Source: Intoshia linei
Taxonomy: Eukaryota > Animalia > Orthonectida
Direction of reading: 5' to 3'
Length of the DNA: 64,000 nucleotides
NCBI GenBank assembly: GCA_001642005.1
Contig: LWCA01000032.1
Location: 8,357 to 72,356 of the forward strand
In this document: in pieces, positions 62,054 to 64,000 of the stretch
Numbering within the stretch: the first letter of the stretch is position 1
Layout: each line of letters begins with the position of its first letter
Translations under genes and position numbers: made by a program
Notes under the pieces: model-generated
Databases searched by the model: none
Seen by the model: only the letters and a program-made list of their open reading frames with translations
Told to the model about the DNA's origin: nothing

Positions 62054-62298
62054 CAGGGTGTTTATTTTATATCGCACAATTTTAAATTTTTTATATATTT
62101 TTTATAGTAAAAATATATAAAGTGTGCGCTATAATAAAGTTTAAACAAGCTATATAAAATTTTTAAAATTAAACTGTGATTGATAATCTTAACTTGAGTT
62201 TAATATTTAAAATATTATGTTTATTTACTTTATCATTGCAGTAATTATTCCTTAACTCTAAATTATTTTCACGTGTGCGCTGTTAAATGAACACACCG
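62054..62298. mobile_element. Tc1/mariner-type MITE remnant
   Basis: TA|CAGGGTGTTTATTT ... AAATGAACACACCG|TA imperfect TIRs. Confidence 0.5.
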
Positions 62299-62559
62299 TA
62301 TATATTAAGACAATAGGTAAAATGAATAATATTATTAACAATAATAATAATTTATTATCAATATTTACTTTTATTTTATTTTTTTCTTCAGTACATTGTT
62401 TTCTTTTGGAAAATCTATTAAAATGTCAAATTAATGTAAATTAAAAAATGAAATAATTGTCTCAAAAATTATTTATTTAATTCTTAACCACCATGATTAA
62501 AAATTAACTGAAAGATAAACAATTTGAAAAGCTATATTATTAATTAATGTCATCTTTTT

Positions 62560-63031
62560 TAATATTCTGGGATCATTAGTTATTTTTTTAAAATAAAAGA
62601 TAATTTGTGGTTTTGGACATGAAAATATAAGTTTCTGAAATTAAAATATATGATGATTTTAAAATTTATATCAGAATGTATATTTTAATAACATTCTATG
62701 ACTTTTTTTTTTAAAAAAAATGTGATCTGGGGTTTTGGCCGTTAAGATATAAGATTTTGAAATTTATATAATATTGATGATTTTAAAATCTTTATCAGAT
62801 TGTGTATTTATTATAATTGTAATTCGTTTAATTTTTAAAAAAAGGGATATTTGGGGGTTTTTGACCTTGAAGGACTAAATTTCTAAATATCAAATTTGCG
62901 ATAAAACACCACCTTCGAAAAAATGTATTAGAAATGGGTATTCTCAAAAATCTACGCCTATTACTTAAATAAATGGTATAAGACAAATAAACAGATACAT
63001 TTTTAACTAAATGACTTGATTTAAGGAAGGA
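62560..63031 (-). mobile_element. Helitron-like fragment (second subfamily, reverse orientation)
   Basis: Modules TAATTTGTGGTTTTGG and TTTTTGACCTTGAAGGACT are the reverse complement of 31904-32400. The end resembles TAAGGAAGGA. Confidence 0.6.
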
Positions 63032-64000
63032 TAAGTAGGGATATAATAATTATTATGGATTAGATTTTAATTTAAACAAAAAGGTACAAATTATCTCCAA
63101 TATTGTATTTTACATTTTCTATCATGTAAAATTCCGTGTCAGTTGCTTTAACAATATTTAGATAGTCATTAGTTGTAAATAATTGTTCAGTTTTTTTTGG
63201 TTGAAAGTAACTAAAATCGACATATTAAATCTATTTAGATACATATAAATAAAGAAATGGTATTAACCATTTTCTACTAATGCCCAGAAACTAAACATTT
63301 ATGATTTTTGATTAATATTTCTTTAACCAATACATACCATGTATTTCTTTAACCATACCCAAGACTCTTCTTTGGGAGGGGGGGAGGCTAATTTTTTCAA
63401 ATTGATAATAAAAAAAATAATAATCTTGAATATCATAACTATTTTATGTGTTAAATTTAAAATATCAAGGTAGGAACCTTAGAGAGGTCGTTTGGGTTAT
63501 ATTACAATATGCATAGTGCATGAAATTTTTTTATTTTAGAAGCTGAGTGGTTCGGATCTGCTAAGGATTCACGGTTATTAAGATTTACTAACAGACACAA
63601 CTGCATACATTAATTGAATGAAAATTACTAAATCATTCCCGTTTTTCCAAAAAGTTCAGATATATTCTTTTTTTGTATAATAATGTTGCCATCTTTGTCT
63701 TGCATTTTTGATTCCAAAAACACTTTAATCTACATTGTATATTAATAGACCATAATGTAAATTATAATTATCATCCTTACTACAGTAAGTAGTAAATTAT
63801 TAAATAAATAAATTAATTATTATTATTAATTATTAATACATAATTGGTATCTTTAAATATTTATTAATTCACATTGAAAATGACAAAATAGGTTTTTACA
63901 ATTTTATTTTTTCTGAAATTTATGCTATTTATGACACTTTTTAGGTTTGGACTGTTTTTACTTTATTTTTAATATTATACACACATTCTGTTTAATAAAT

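Overview
Very AT-rich (visually ~75-80% A+T), gene-dense eukaryotic (animal) genomic DNA with spliceosomal GT-AG introns, many only ~35-60 nt. The compact introns and divergent metazoan proteins suggest a reduced invertebrate parasite such as an orthonectid; this is an inference and was not verified. Genes pieced together by hand from exons: DPH4/DNAJC24 (-) head-to-head with RMND1 (+); CD2BP2 (-) with a degenerate GYF motif; ethanolamine kinase (+); annexin (-); two tandem luciferase/4CL-family acyl-CoA synthetases (-); an ShKT-mucin-ShKT-PLAC-like protein (-); RUVBL2 (+); and a cyclin A-like gene (+). Two decayed, adjacent/nested Ty3/Gypsy LTR elements occupy ~8.8-13.1 kb. Larger introns carry a modular non-autonomous Helitron-like family (5'-TC...hairpin-CTAG-3') and hAT- and Tc1/mariner-type MITEs, some of them nested. 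Most notable observations: (i) the ACS pair has mitochondrial-type presequences, lacks PTS1 and shares a probable gene-conversion tract; (ii) the ShK-flanked mucin resembles nematode surface-coat mucins; (iii) a duplicated ~130-bp unit carries divergent ATG micro-exons, consistent with a bidirectional promoter; (iv) CD2BP2 has lost its GYF motif; (v) a 2.1-kb LTR element lacks gag and the RT core. Exon coordinates are manual and may be off by a few bases.
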